Below are positions 30,284 through 40,220 of a stretch of 64,000 nucleotides of DNA, piece after piece. Source of the stretch: an uncultured delta proteobacterium. Its GTDB lineage: Bacteria; Desulfobacterota; Desulfomonilia; UBA1062. Position 1 is the first letter of the stretch. Each line of letters begins with the position of its first letter. The stretch covers positions 64,001 through 128,000 of the forward strand of contig CAWCTR010000017.1 in the NCBI GenBank assembly GCA_963798485.1. Reading direction: 5' to 3'. The position numbers and the translations under genes were made by a program. Below the pieces are notes generated by a model, which saw only the letters and a program-made list of their open reading frames with translations, was not told where the DNA came from and made no database searches.

Positions 30284-31672
30284 ATGCTTAAGATTATATG
30301 GAGAACACTTACAAAGAGATCATTGACGATTCTGACTATTCTTCTCCTTCCCCTTCCAGTATGGGCAATGACCGCGGTTAAAGATATAGATCTATCTAAT
30401 GTAACCGGTCAGGCTGGCTTGAACATCACCGTCGACGTGTTAATGAATGCCTCTATCAAAATCATGGCCTGGGGCGACTCAGATGGTATCAATAATACCA
30501 CTAGTTACAACCCTTGGACCGTACCTGCCGCCTCTAGTGGTGGCTATATCGGGATAGCAAACTTTAACCTCACCAACCTCACCGTAGAAGAACGCACGGA
30601 TTCTAGTGACAACTACAACGGGTATAACACCACGATGCTGAAGCCGATCACTATCGATGTGGCAACCGTGAATACCGCGTGGACAATAACCACTACTCCT
30701 TCTTGGGGTGTACCTGGTGTAACACAGAATATTCCCGCTGACACGACAATTGTCCAAGTTGGCCTTGGCGCTCTTGAGATATCAGCGGCATCGATGAAAA
30801 TGGATGTCAATCTGTACCAACGCGCGAATGGTGTAGCGACGAATAATATCGCTCTAGATACTGCTCAGAACCTGGGTGATGTCGAGTTGGGTGGTTTATC
30901 TATGTACTTCAACCCCAGGAGCTATGTTGACATTTACTCTCCTGCTTCGGCTGGGGGAGCCAACCCTTCAGGCATACAGTTTGCTGTGAATGTAACCATT
31001 GACAAGTTCGACTTGACCTATTTGGGGTGGAGTGACGAAGATGGTATTAAAAACCCAATAGTAGCAGGAACACGATCAGGAAAGGGGATTAATAAGGTTG
31101 CTGCCAACGACTGGATGAATGATAACGCACCTGGTTATATCGGTATCACCTCACTAAATGTTGGGACCATCGCCATCAACGGGACAGCAGGCATTGGTGT
31201 TAACACGTCCGCGAAGGGTCTCTATGCACAACTCCCGGCGTTGTTAAACTTAATGAGTGGAGCTACGGTTAATGGTTATGCTGTTCCTAGTCAATTCTAT
31301 ACGAGTGAATCAACGTTCGAATTAGCGCTCAAAGGGGTAGGTTTTAGTCAATACAACGGTTCAATCTCTGGTAACACTATCATCACTAGTGGAACTATTG
31401 CAAATGGCCAGCCCCTGAACGCCTTATCTCGTGATTTATTATATAGTGATTTAGGTCTGTCTACTACAATCAATCCTGTCAGCGTGGCCGAAATCTCATT
31501 CCCGACAGAGTTTTTGATTGATGTTGAAGGAACTGTCACAGCAGCTGTTCAGCTGTCTAATGTTTCTAACTTTGCAGCCGGTCCTGGAACTACAACTCTG
31601 GGTGACATTTATCTCTCACACCTTGGTATTGATATCCATGCTGGCTCCTGGGTAGATATATGGGCGCACTAA
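30284..31672 (+). CDS. Secreted DUF6160-like protein, paralog of 26995
   Basis: AMTAVKDIDLSNVTGQAG, long identical blocks with 26995, same GSWVDIWAH end; AAGGAG RBS. Confidence 0.8.
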   Translation: MLKIIWRTLTKRSLTILTILLLPLPVWAMTAVKDIDLSNVTGQAGLNITVDVLMNASIKIMAWGDSDGINNTTSYNPWTVPAASSGGYIGIANFNLTNLTVEERTDSSDNYNGYNTTMLKPITIDVATVNTAWTITTTPSWGVPGVTQNIPADTTIVQVGLGALEISAASMKMDVNLYQRANGVATNNIALDTAQNLGDVELGGLSMYFNPRSYVDIYSPASAGGANPSGIQFAVNVTIDKFDLTYLGWSDEDGIKNPIVAGTRSGKGINKVAANDWMNDNAPGYIGITSLNVGTIAINGTAGIGVNTSAKGLYAQLPALLNLMSGATVNGYAVPSQFYTSESTFELALKGVGFSQYNGSISGNTIITSGTIANGQPLNALSRDLLYSDLGLSTTINPVSVAEISFPTEFLIDVEGTVTAAVQLSNVSNFAAGPGTTTLGDIYLSHLGIDIHAGSWVDIWAH

Positions 31673-31715
31673 CCCTTAAATATATTAATATATTAAACAT
31701 GAAAGGATGAAAATT

Positions 31716-31955
31716 ATGGCAAATCGAGGAAGAAAACCAATGACTCTGAGAAACAACGGTACGGATGCAAGGTTTATAAAAAGGAATTATTATTTAGAAG
31801 AGCGACTTACAAAGGCTCTTACCGTTCTTTCCGCATTGACGGGAAAAGAGCTTTCTCATCTCGTGAATGAGGCCATCGTTGAACTGGTTCATAAATATCA
31901 GCCGAAGACAGGTATCGACTTGCTCAACTTGGAAACAATAAATAAAGAAGAATAA
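31716..31955 (+). CDS. RHH protein, copy 3
   Basis: MANRGRKP...; gene and 3' flank to ~32021 match 17490-17795. Confidence 0.8.
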   Translation: MANRGRKPMTLRNNGTDARFIKRNYYLEERLTKALTVLSALTGKELSHLVNEAIVELVHKYQPKTGIDLLNLETINKEE

Positions 31956-32021
31956 AAATTATTAGTTCCTCGCCGCTTGATGCGAGGGGGTTCAATCTTT
32001 CTCGACCTTTTTCAAGTTTAT

Positions 32022-32402
32022 TGTCCCCTTCGGGGATTGGGAGAAAAACCCTCGCCTTCAGGCGAAGACTTTAGTAGGCTTGCGGTATAGAGCATTATCG
32101 CAAGTCGAGTCACACGCAATATATGATATCAAGTATCATCTTGTTTGGATCACGAAATACCGCAAGCCAGTATTGCGAGGAGAGATAGGAGAGCGAGTAC
32201 GGGATTTGATACGAGAGATATGTAAGGCGAATGATGTAGAGATACTCAAGGGGAATGTATCGAGGGAGCATATATACATACCTTTGTTTCAGTACCGCCG
32301 AATCTATTAGTGAGCGATTTGATAAAGTCGATTAAGGGGAAGACATCGTGGAAGATGTTGATGGAGAATAAGACATTGAGCAAGGCATTTTGGGGACGAC
32401 AC
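32022..32402 (+). pseudogene. tnpA: IS200/IS605 Y1 transposase, frameshifted and truncated, with left-end hairpins
   Basis: YHLVWITKYRK..L, then in shifted frame VSVPP...IKGKTS...FWGR; hairpins at 32023-32070. Confidence 0.85.
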
Positions 32403-32452
32403 CAAGCGAACTTGTACGAGATTTCCCTCTCAGATACATCAAAAGTTATGAT

Positions 32453-33127
32453 TTAGCGAGTCCTGATATTCAACCAGCTGCCAGATTGGATGGTTGAACT
32501 AGAATCATTGATGTAGGTGTTACGCATTTCGATATTACCAGACATTATAGTATATGTTAAAGGGGTATTTGAACTACGTGTGTCATCTTTGGGGTGAGAA
32601 TATGGTATAGTGGGCGTATCTGTAGTTTGAGTCCAGCTAAAGGCTGCATTATTAATGTCTTCAGCTTGGCCTACTTGACCATTGATTGTTGCAATGTAAC
32701 TTTTCCAAGTAATTGAAAGGATCTGAGAATCTTTTAAAATAGTATCTTCAAAAGTCCACACATTCCAAGTAACTGGATCAGGCAGAACGACAGGAATTTT
32801 GTAAAGAATGTCATTATTACCCTCTAACCAGGGGAATGAGTAGAACTCTTTATTAGTTGCATATCTTTCTGCAGTCTCATCAAGGTCTTCAAATAGATTC
32901 ATGTCAAAATGGATCATTGAGCTTAATGAGGTTTGTAATAATTTGTTGAAACGTTCTGAATCATCCCCCAAATTGGTTTTATTATTTATCTCCATTATCC
33001 GGTCAGGATTGATGCTTAAGCTGAGAGGATTGCTAACGTTAGAAAGATCAGTTTCTGTGAGTGGAGTCATTGCACACAGGGACAATGGCAACAATAGAAT
33101 TGGCAGAACTAATATCAAACCTTTCAT
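32453..33127 (-). CDS. Secreted DUF6160-like protein (short form)
   Basis: Signal peptide, AMTPLTETDLSNV, C-terminus GSWLNIRTR echoing GSWVDIWAH. Confidence 0.72.
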   Translation of the reverse strand: MKGLILVLPILLLPLSLCAMTPLTETDLSNVSNPLSLSINPDRIMEINNKTNLGDDSERFNKLLQTSLSSMIHFDMNLFEDLDETAERYATNKEFYSFPWLEGNNDILYKIPVVLPDPVTWNVWTFEDTILKDSQILSITWKSYIATINGQVGQAEDINNAAFSWTQTTDTPTIPYSHPKDDTRSSNTPLTYTIMSGNIEMRNTYINDSSSTIQSGSWLNIRTR

Positions 33128-33178
33128 GGCATTTATACCTTTTACTATTATATGATATATCTCTAATCAGAGTCAAGT

Positions 33179-34405
33179 ATGGAATTGGTTCACCCTGTCT
33201 GTTGTGGTCTGGATGTCCATAAGGCAAGCATAACAGCATGCCTGAGGCGAGTGGTGGAAGGAGGCATGATCAAACGGGAAAACAGGATATTCGACACCAA
33301 CATGCGGGGATTGACATCGCTGCTGGAGTGGCTGATTGAGAATGGGTGCAGAATCGCTGCCATGGAATCCACAGGAGTGTACTGGAAGCCTGTATACCAT
33401 GTGCTATCACCCGCTCTGACAGTTTGGATAGCCAATCCGGCAGAGGTGAAGCAGCGCAGGGGAAAGAAAACGGATAAGGCGGACGCGCAATGGCTTGCGG
33501 AACTTCTGGCTCATGATCTGATACAGCCGAGCTTTGTCCCTCCGGCGGAGATTACTGCCCTTAGGGATATGGTTCGGACACGGACTGCACTGGTCAACAA
33601 CAGGACTCAAGCAAAGAACAGGGTTCTGGGAGTTCTGGAAGACACGAACATCAAGTTATCGTCCGTGGCCTCAGACACCTTTGGCAAGAGCGGTCGGGCA
33701 ATGATTGATGCCCTTATAGCTGGACATCGAGATCCAAAGGCTCTTGCCCAGATGGCAAAGGGGATTCTCAAGCGGAAGATACCCCAGCTCGAATTAGCTC
33801 TCGAGGGTAGTTTTACCGAGCATCATGCCTTCTTGATTCAGATCTCCCTTTCTGTCATAGACCTTTTGGACAAGCAGATAGCAGAGTTGGATAAGCACAT
33901 TGACTCTATGGTGGTCCCCCTGCGTAAAGAATTGGATGTGACAAACAGTATCCCTGGTGTCAGTGAGACGGCTTCTCGCGCAATCATAGCGGAGATAGGC
34001 ATCGATATGAAGCGTTTCGTCACTGACACTCGCCTTGTTGCCTGGGCATGTATGTGTCCCGGCAACAACGAAAGTGCCGGCAAAAGAAAAAGAGGAAAGA
34101 CGCGTAAGGGCAATCGTTATCTCCGAAGAATGCTTGTCCAATGCGCATGGGCAGCAGGTAAAACAGACACCTTCCTCGGCCGCACTTTCCGGAGACTCCA
34201 GGCTCGCATTGGGGGAAAGAAGGCTGCCGTGGCTGTCGGCCACAAAATCCTGGTGATTATCTTCCATCTGTTGAACGAGGGCACTTTTTACGACGATGAA
34301 AGATATAATCGCCTTTCACCTAAAGAGGAGGAAAGACAAAAAAAGCGGGCTATCGAAACCTTGCATCGCCTGGGCTTCGAAGTAACTATCTCGCTCGCTT
34401 CTTAA
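33179..34405 (+). mobile_element. IS110-family transposase/recombinase
   Basis: GLDVHK, MESTGVYWKP, KTD..DA (DEDD domain); SIPGV, ESAG (Tnp domain); element ends not resolved. Confidence 0.93.
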
Positions 34406-34493
34406 AAAAACTATCCCGTCTCTCAATCCCTTCTTCACCCAGGGATACAGTACTGGTGTGCCTTTTTAGCAGATTATCGTTTCATAGGAATCT

Positions 34494-34877
34494 TCATTTT
34501 GTTGGAAGAATCCATTGGTACAAGAACACGCATATAAATGCTATGCATAGGTAGAATGTAATGGTAGCTAGTAGATCACCGCCAGCAAGTAAGTCCTCGG
34601 AAGTTGCGGCGAGTATGTGGATCTGCCCGGGCGTATAGGAGGAGATCTTTGATGATATCTCATCCGGGGTGAACCCGTAGGATTTAAGCTTTTCTTGCAC
34701 GATTTTGTTTTCCAGCGCCTGCTGAATGGTGTCCATATCCTTCTGAAATTCCTGGCTCCCTGCATGAGAAAAAACCGTTGAAGGGATCATAGCTGCAAAT
34801 GCAGGGGATGTCACTAAAAGTACCAAGTGGAAGGTTACAAAAGCTGCCAGAAAGCGGTTTCTCATCATGGATATCAT
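34494..34877 (-). CDS. PA2779-like exported/membrane protein
   Basis: Signal peptide, LENKIVQEKL..YG...EI..K, LAGGD, C-terminal TM helix. Confidence 0.7.
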   Translation of the reverse strand: MISMMRNRFLAAFVTFHLVLLVTSPAFAAMIPSTVFSHAGSQEFQKDMDTIQQALENKIVQEKLKSYGFTPDEISSKISSYTPGQIHILAATSEDLLAGGDLLATITFYLCIAFICVFLYQWILPTK

Positions 34878-35067
34878 TTTTTTCCTTCTAATTACAATAA
34901 TTCAGTATAGATAAAATAACTTAATAAATCATATTCAAGCCCTTTTCAATCGGATAATAAGAATAGATGATATGTGCCAGAGGCAACGAACTGAGTTGGG
35001 ATTTCAAAACCGTTCGTGCCACCAACTCCGATTTGATATGATCTTCCTATTTACATAGATTTGTTTT

Positions 35068-36917
35068 GAGGCAGTCGAAAATCCCTTTTGGGCAGAAGTT
35101 CTTCTCCATCCAGCTGATACATTTTCAAATCATGATTACATGCGTTCTCGGTTTTAACTTTCTTCAGGTCATACTTTCATTCCGATTATACCCTGGTAAG
35201 GATTCCTCCCCTTTTTTCGTCTTATGCGAAGCCATAGGTTGCGATCTTCTCTATATTGTGAACCATGCAGTACAAGAGCCATTGAATGTTGGCCTTGATC
35301 TTCCCCCTCAACGTAAACCTGTTCATCCGTTTATTGGTACGGATATTCCCGAATACCTGTTCTATTATGGCAATCCGGTGGGAGTAGATCTTACGACCTT
35401 TCTCACTCTCGATCTTCTCCACCATGAGCTGTGAGAGATTGATCCCATCAGGTCCGATGGGAACCATCAAGTTCTTTGGGCCACGACCATTCCCATAGAT
35501 GCACGTCCCCTTTAGCCTGCAGTCTCTGCAGTCCTTTCCCTGTGCACGATATAATCGATAGATATTGCCAGTGGAACGATGGCACTTTTCCGATAGTTCA
35601 AGTATCTTCCCATTGGGACAAACATAATGATCCTCTTCCTCATTATAGAGGTAGTCCTCAAGAGCATAGTGGGTCCTGGTCATGCGACCTTGCCGCCTCC
35701 ACTCATCATATCGCGGGTCCCTCGTGCTCATTTGCTTATCAGGGATGTACGCATCCAGCTTCTCGTCCTCACATTTCTGAATATTGATCTTGCTGTGATA
35801 TCCGCTGTCCGCAGTTAATGTCTTCCCCGCAAAGTATTCTGCAGAATCCGCCTGGCCAATCTGACTCATGTTCTCCTTGGCACCATCAATCATCGGCGGA
35901 ATGAGCCCCTCATCATGGCCCTCACCGAACACTTCGCCATGGATGATCACTCGATGCTTCGCATCCACCAATGCCTGGCTGTTATACCCTTGAATCATTC
36001 CGTGTGACGTTATCATTATCGCTGAATCATTGTCCGTTATGTTGCTCTTAATCTCTCGCCCTTTCTTGCCGATCTTGGCTTCATTCTCCTTCAGCCATGC
36101 CTGTATCCGATCAGCCTGCTTCTTGAGCGCCTCGATCTGCTTCTCACGATTGCCTCCGGCAAAGGGTGGTTCATCGTCCTTCCGGTCCTCTTCCTCCTGC
36201 TCGTTGAGCCTCTGCCTGACCCTCTCCTCGATCTTCCCCTTCTTCCTCTTCAGGTCATCAATCTTCCCACTCCACTTCATGGAAGCATTACCGGGAAGCT
36301 TGCACCCGTCCAATGCAAAGAAGGTCCCGCCAAGCAGATTCATCTCCTCGCAGACCAGTAGTACATCCCTGAACAACGGCAGGATCTCATCCTTCATGGA
36401 GGTTACAAACGGGGCTATCGTGCTGTGGTCAGGATACTGCCCGCACGAAAGTGCCATAAAGACCACGTTCTCCTTGCAGGCCTGCTCGATCTTCCTCGAC
36501 GAGATCAGTCCCCGTGAATACCCCAGCAGTACCACCTTCAGCAAAATCCGGGGATCGTATGCCCTCCGCCCCGTGTCATCATTGCGGTACTTCTCATCGA
36601 AGATGCTCACATCCATACGCTCATCAACAAGCGTGTGGATCGCGAATTCCAAAGTCCCGGGCATGAGCTGTTCGTTCAGCGATACCGGTATCAGCATATC
36701 TTGTGCATACGTATAAGGCTTGTACTTGGCCATGACTTCCTTCCCTTTCTGAAATGGGAGAATGAAAGATCCTTGCTCTTTGATTACAAACCTAATATAT
36801 CACATATCATACTGATTATAAAGGTTATTATGGCTTTCTCGCAGCTCTCTGCGACATCATAAAAAACTCCACAAGGTTGCTCCTCACTTTATGCAATCAG
36901 GGTTTTTCGACAACCTC
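35068..36917 (-). mobile_element. IS1182-family insertion sequence
   Basis: Imperfect inverted repeats GAGGCAGTCGAAAATCCC (35068) / GGGTTTTTCGACAACCTC (36917); splits one copy of the dispersed repeat. Confidence 0.75.
35222..36733 (-). CDS. IS1182-family transposase
   Basis: GR.AY.P..LLK....Y, SSRKIE, PDHSTI, LDG.K, GYN.Q, ADSGY, IE.VFGNI motifs. Confidence 0.93.
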   Translation of the reverse strand: MAKYKPYTYAQDMLIPVSLNEQLMPGTLEFAIHTLVDERMDVSIFDEKYRNDDTGRRAYDPRILLKVVLLGYSRGLISSRKIEQACKENVVFMALSCGQYPDHSTIAPFVTSMKDEILPLFRDVLLVCEEMNLLGGTFFALDGCKLPGNASMKWSGKIDDLKRKKGKIEERVRQRLNEQEEEDRKDDEPPFAGGNREKQIEALKKQADRIQAWLKENEAKIGKKGREIKSNITDNDSAIMITSHGMIQGYNSQALVDAKHRVIIHGEVFGEGHDEGLIPPMIDGAKENMSQIGQADSAEYFAGKTLTADSGYHSKINIQKCEDEKLDAYIPDKQMSTRDPRYDEWRRQGRMTRTHYALEDYLYNEEEDHYVCPNGKILELSEKCHRSTGNIYRLYRAQGKDCRDCRLKGTCIYGNGRGPKNLMVPIGPDGINLSQLMVEKIESEKGRKIYSHRIAIIEQVFGNIRTNKRMNRFTLRGKIKANIQWLLYCMVHNIEKIATYGFA

Positions 36918-37431
36918 TTTCAAGATCATCAGCACGAATACATCATAAAACCCAGAATAAGATGTTATATCCGCTCGATCCGGTTTTTATATGAATCACT
37001 TCGCCCTTAATCCTCAATCCATTTCCTATTTACTCGACATAAGAAAAACACCGATTCGGCGTTTTTTGTTGAGATACAATGTTGTGGGTCATACCTTGCA
37101 ACTCAAATAACCGGTCTATATACGTCCTGAGCAAGAGATCATTCCCGACCTCACCCACATGGATAGAAGGTGTAATCAACACCCGTCCTACTCAAATAAG
37201 GCGAACTTATGTTGATGAATACCTGGGAACAACATTCATCAACTGCCGCGTATACACGAAGAATGCTCAAGGACAATTGTTTCCTGAAGTATGCGTTTTA
37301 GTAAATTGGGGCTTTTACTTACTTGTCCTTTACGAAAGACTGATATATGAATCAGTATCTAAGGCAATTCATCTAAAATTGTGTGAAAAGAAGAACAGAG
37401 AAGAATTAAAATAATGAAAGGTGAGGGAAAT

Positions 37432-37671
37432 ATGGCTACCAGAGGAAGGAAACCACTAGATCTGAGAAACAATGATAAGGATACAAAGCTCATAAAAAGG
37501 AATTATTATATAGAAGAGCGGTATGCAAAGGCCCTTGCCGTTCTTTCCACATTGACAGGAAAAGAACTTTCCCTGCTTGTAAATGAATCAATCGGTGATC
37601 TGATTATGAAATACCAACCAATGACTGACATCAAATTACTCAGGTTGGGGTCAATACCAAGAGAAGATTAA
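37432..37671 (+). CDS. RHH protein, copy 4 (diverged)
   Basis: MATRGRKPLDLRNN..KLIKRNYYIEER..KAL.VLS.LTGKELSLLVNE. Confidence 0.8.
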   Translation: MATRGRKPLDLRNNDKDTKLIKRNYYIEERYAKALAVLSTLTGKELSLLVNESIGDLIMKYQPMTDIKLLRLGSIPRED

Positions 37672-37770
37672 CCTGTATTAGCTCCGATCTGATCTGATGG
37701 AGTGTCTCCTTTCTGAAGGTAGTAGGGTCAGATTGCAGCTAGCCCAAATAATCAATTTATAGTTATCATT

Positions 37771-38150
37771 GATTGAACTAAGCCGCTTCGTGGCAGTCTT
37801 CCCAACCTATGCTTGCATTCGTATTTAGAGCTTGTGATTACGTCAGTTAAAACCTCTTTGTTTCTAGTCCGATGATCATACACCATCCTTCCTTGTACCA
37901 TCATACCAATCAAGGGAGGGGGTCGGCAGGCCTTTGCAAAGGTCTGGACAAACCACAGCCACAGAGGTATATTTTTTTACGTAAAAAAGGGTGCTCGTAC
38001 AATGGAAAAACAGGGGTGGTTGAGGAGAAAAAACATCACGATGGGCAGGATGTTTCTTAAAAAAGCTTATTTCCTCATCTACCGAATCATGAATACAAAA
38101 CCCATAGACGAGGTATCATCCCGCTCGGAGTGAAGCGGCTTAGCTCAATC
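37771..38150. repeat. 380 bp segment bounded by 19 bp inverted repeats
   Basis: GATTGAACTAAGCCGCTTC (37771-37789) vs GAAGCGGCTTAGCTCAATC (38132-38150), 18/19 match. Confidence 0.7.
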
Positions 38151-38451
38151 TGTGTTATACCATCATCCCTTCCTGCTGGCACCTCACTCATCTATCTTTG
38201 CCGACCATCCCCAATGCACACATCCCTCTCTCCGTTCACGCCGGGATAATGGAATAACACTAATAGATTCTGTGCCAAATTGTGGTGTTTAAAATTAAGA
38301 TGTCCTATGTGTAGATTTCGTGCCATTGACCACGGTCTGATATGATGTGTCTTACTGCGTATGTTTCAACCCAAGATCATCGTTTTTTAGGCATCTTCAA
38401 ACTGATAAGAAATCGCAGGGATCTCTACTCTTAAGTTTGTTTAGAATAAAT

Positions 38452-38682
38452 AAAAAGCAGGGCACAAAACTAGCCCTGCCTATGTTATTAAATCACCTCT
38501 TCCTGAAACCTACAAGCTCCAGTTAGCCAGCATAAATGAGCTTATAGCTGGTTCAAGGACAGGTGCACTGTGATGGTAATACTTAGGGGTCTCAAATCCT
38601 TGAAATTTCCTTCAATTCGACCACTGTATTGACCATCATCAAAATGGTATTTAATCATAGATGCAGAATATATTTGGACAAA
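38452..38682 (-). ncRNA. Candidate sigma-54-dependent small RNA
   Basis: Promoter at 38693-38708, long hairpin 38494-38565, terminator GCAGGGC..GCCCTGC-TTTTT at ~38452-38479. Confidence 0.45.
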
Positions 38683-38692
38683 CATATTATTT

Positions 38693-38708
38693 AGCAATTT
38701 ATATACCA
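38693..38708 (-). promoter_or_regulatory. Putative sigma-54 promoter
   Basis: Minus strand TGGTATATAAATTGCT: GG-N10-GC. Confidence 0.55.
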
Positions 38709-39084
38709 AGATCCATCTGTCATTATTTCAATAAGTTACAGTCAGACCAAGGTTAACTCTTTGGTAATAATGACGAATTATTTACCATTAATAGGCAATC
38801 TATTTCACTTATTAAAGATCTTGTGCCACACTCTCCGCTTTCCCCATACCGTATGTCTGTAACCATGATCTTCAACTGTTCATTAGCCATTATGTCATCT
38901 TCAAAATAACGCACCCCGGTTTTTTTTCAGTCATCATCCCACCTATCATCCACATAACTCCATGCCTCCATATATATTAATCATTGAAATAGCAAAGTAA
39001 TCTGTATCCCTCAGTCACTCTATTCCTCCCCCATCCCGATGTTGCCCAAGCTTCCCCCCTTCAAAAAAAACGGAGGTTTTCTGC

Positions 39085-39600
39085 ATGGAGCTAGTAACCC
39101 AGCAAGAAATTGAGATCAGAAGAGAGAAAGTCCTTGTACCCATTACGATGACAGTCAAAGAGATCATGGAAAAATACAATCTTTCAGACAGTGTTGCCCG
39201 GAGATCCCTGAAACGAGGCTGGTTTGTGAAGAACTATGGAAGGAACCAGGTCATCATAGACCGAGAGCATTTCGATCTGGAGAAATCATACAGTATCGCC
39301 AAACAGGTCTTCTATAAGAACTTCAGGAAAAACCCGGTAGCCCAAACTATCAAGGAGGATCTTATCCAGGAAGCGGTCGCCCTCATGTTCATGCAATCAG
39401 GAAAGATCAGGGAAGGAGCCACCAAGAAATACAATGATCGATATGGGTATTGGTGGGCCGCTCACAACGCAATTCTATCTTACTTAACGAAATGGGCTCG
39501 ACAGACAAGGTACGATGTCCAGCTTGAGGACGATATTCATCCATACATGACCAGAGGCAATAGAAGGTATTCACCTCAGTTCGGATGGATATATTGTTAA
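39085..39600 (+). CDS. Hypothetical protein with HTH-like N-terminus and sigma-region-2-like C-terminus
   Basis: TVKEIMEKYNLSDSVARR; KEDLIQEA...YWWAAHNAILSYL; GGAGG RBS. Confidence 0.6.
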   Translation: MELVTQQEIEIRREKVLVPITMTVKEIMEKYNLSDSVARRSLKRGWFVKNYGRNQVIIDREHFDLEKSYSIAKQVFYKNFRKNPVAQTIKEDLIQEAVALMFMQSGKIREGATKKYNDRYGYWWAAHNAILSYLTKWARQTRYDVQLEDDIHPYMTRGNRRYSPQFGWIYC

Positions 39601-40106
39601 AACGAGGAGGGATGGAGGGAGATAGGTTCAAGATGCCCGGGGCACTTTGAACATGAGTGGTTGGCTATGAGGTCAGCGTTCATTCTATTGATAGGATTCG
39701 GAGGGGGATCTTTATACATAGGGTGGACGCTGACTTTGTTTATTCGACTGAGGGAAAAATTAGCAGAATTCTGCGATTTTTGTGGAGATGGGGAAGGAGA
39801 CTGGCGATACCTGAGAGCTCAAATAACCGGTCTATATTCATCAGGGCAAGGATTCAATCATGAACTCGCCTCATTGATGAGGGAGAGTGGGCTGTCCTTT
39901 TCTGCTCGAATTAGGCGATCTTTTTTCTTGTGATGTTCAATGTCATAAATATTTTCACCAAAGCGGCTCAGTATAAGGATCTGCCTGCGGATAGCAGTTA
40001 TAAGCTTCAGAAGGTGGGGGGGACGATATTGGGAATGGTGAAGAAATCAGGAACAGTAGGTCAGCGTACATCGGGATGGTGTGCGCTGACCTTACCGTGA
40101 TATCTA

Positions 40107-40220
40107 TCAAAGCTTACTTTTTGGCTGCTTATCAAGCTTGTCTTTTGACTTTTGTTTCTGTTTTTTGTCGTTCTGTTTTTGACCCTTTTCCTTATCTTTC
40201 TTGCCGCCTTTGTCTCCCAT
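40107..40220 (-). CDS. 37 aa Lys-rich small protein (below ORF-track cutoff)
   Basis: MGDKGGKKDKEKGQKQNDKKQKQKSKDKLDKQPKSKL; AGGAGAGAGG RBS. Confidence 0.55.
   Translation of the reverse strand: MGDKGGKKDKEKGQKQNDKKQKQKSKDKLDKQPKSKL

Noticed and set aside
10543-31672. Diversity-generating retroelement (RT plus similar paralog 3' ends)
   Set aside because: The RT lies inside a clear group II intron (YADD, DV/DVI). Differences between the 26995 and 30284 3' ends are largely synonymous and not adenine-specific; no template repeat or avd seen.
37910-37990. Phage cos-like site (GGGAGGGGGTC...)
   Set aside because: Only a vague resemblance, with no terminase or structural genes nearby
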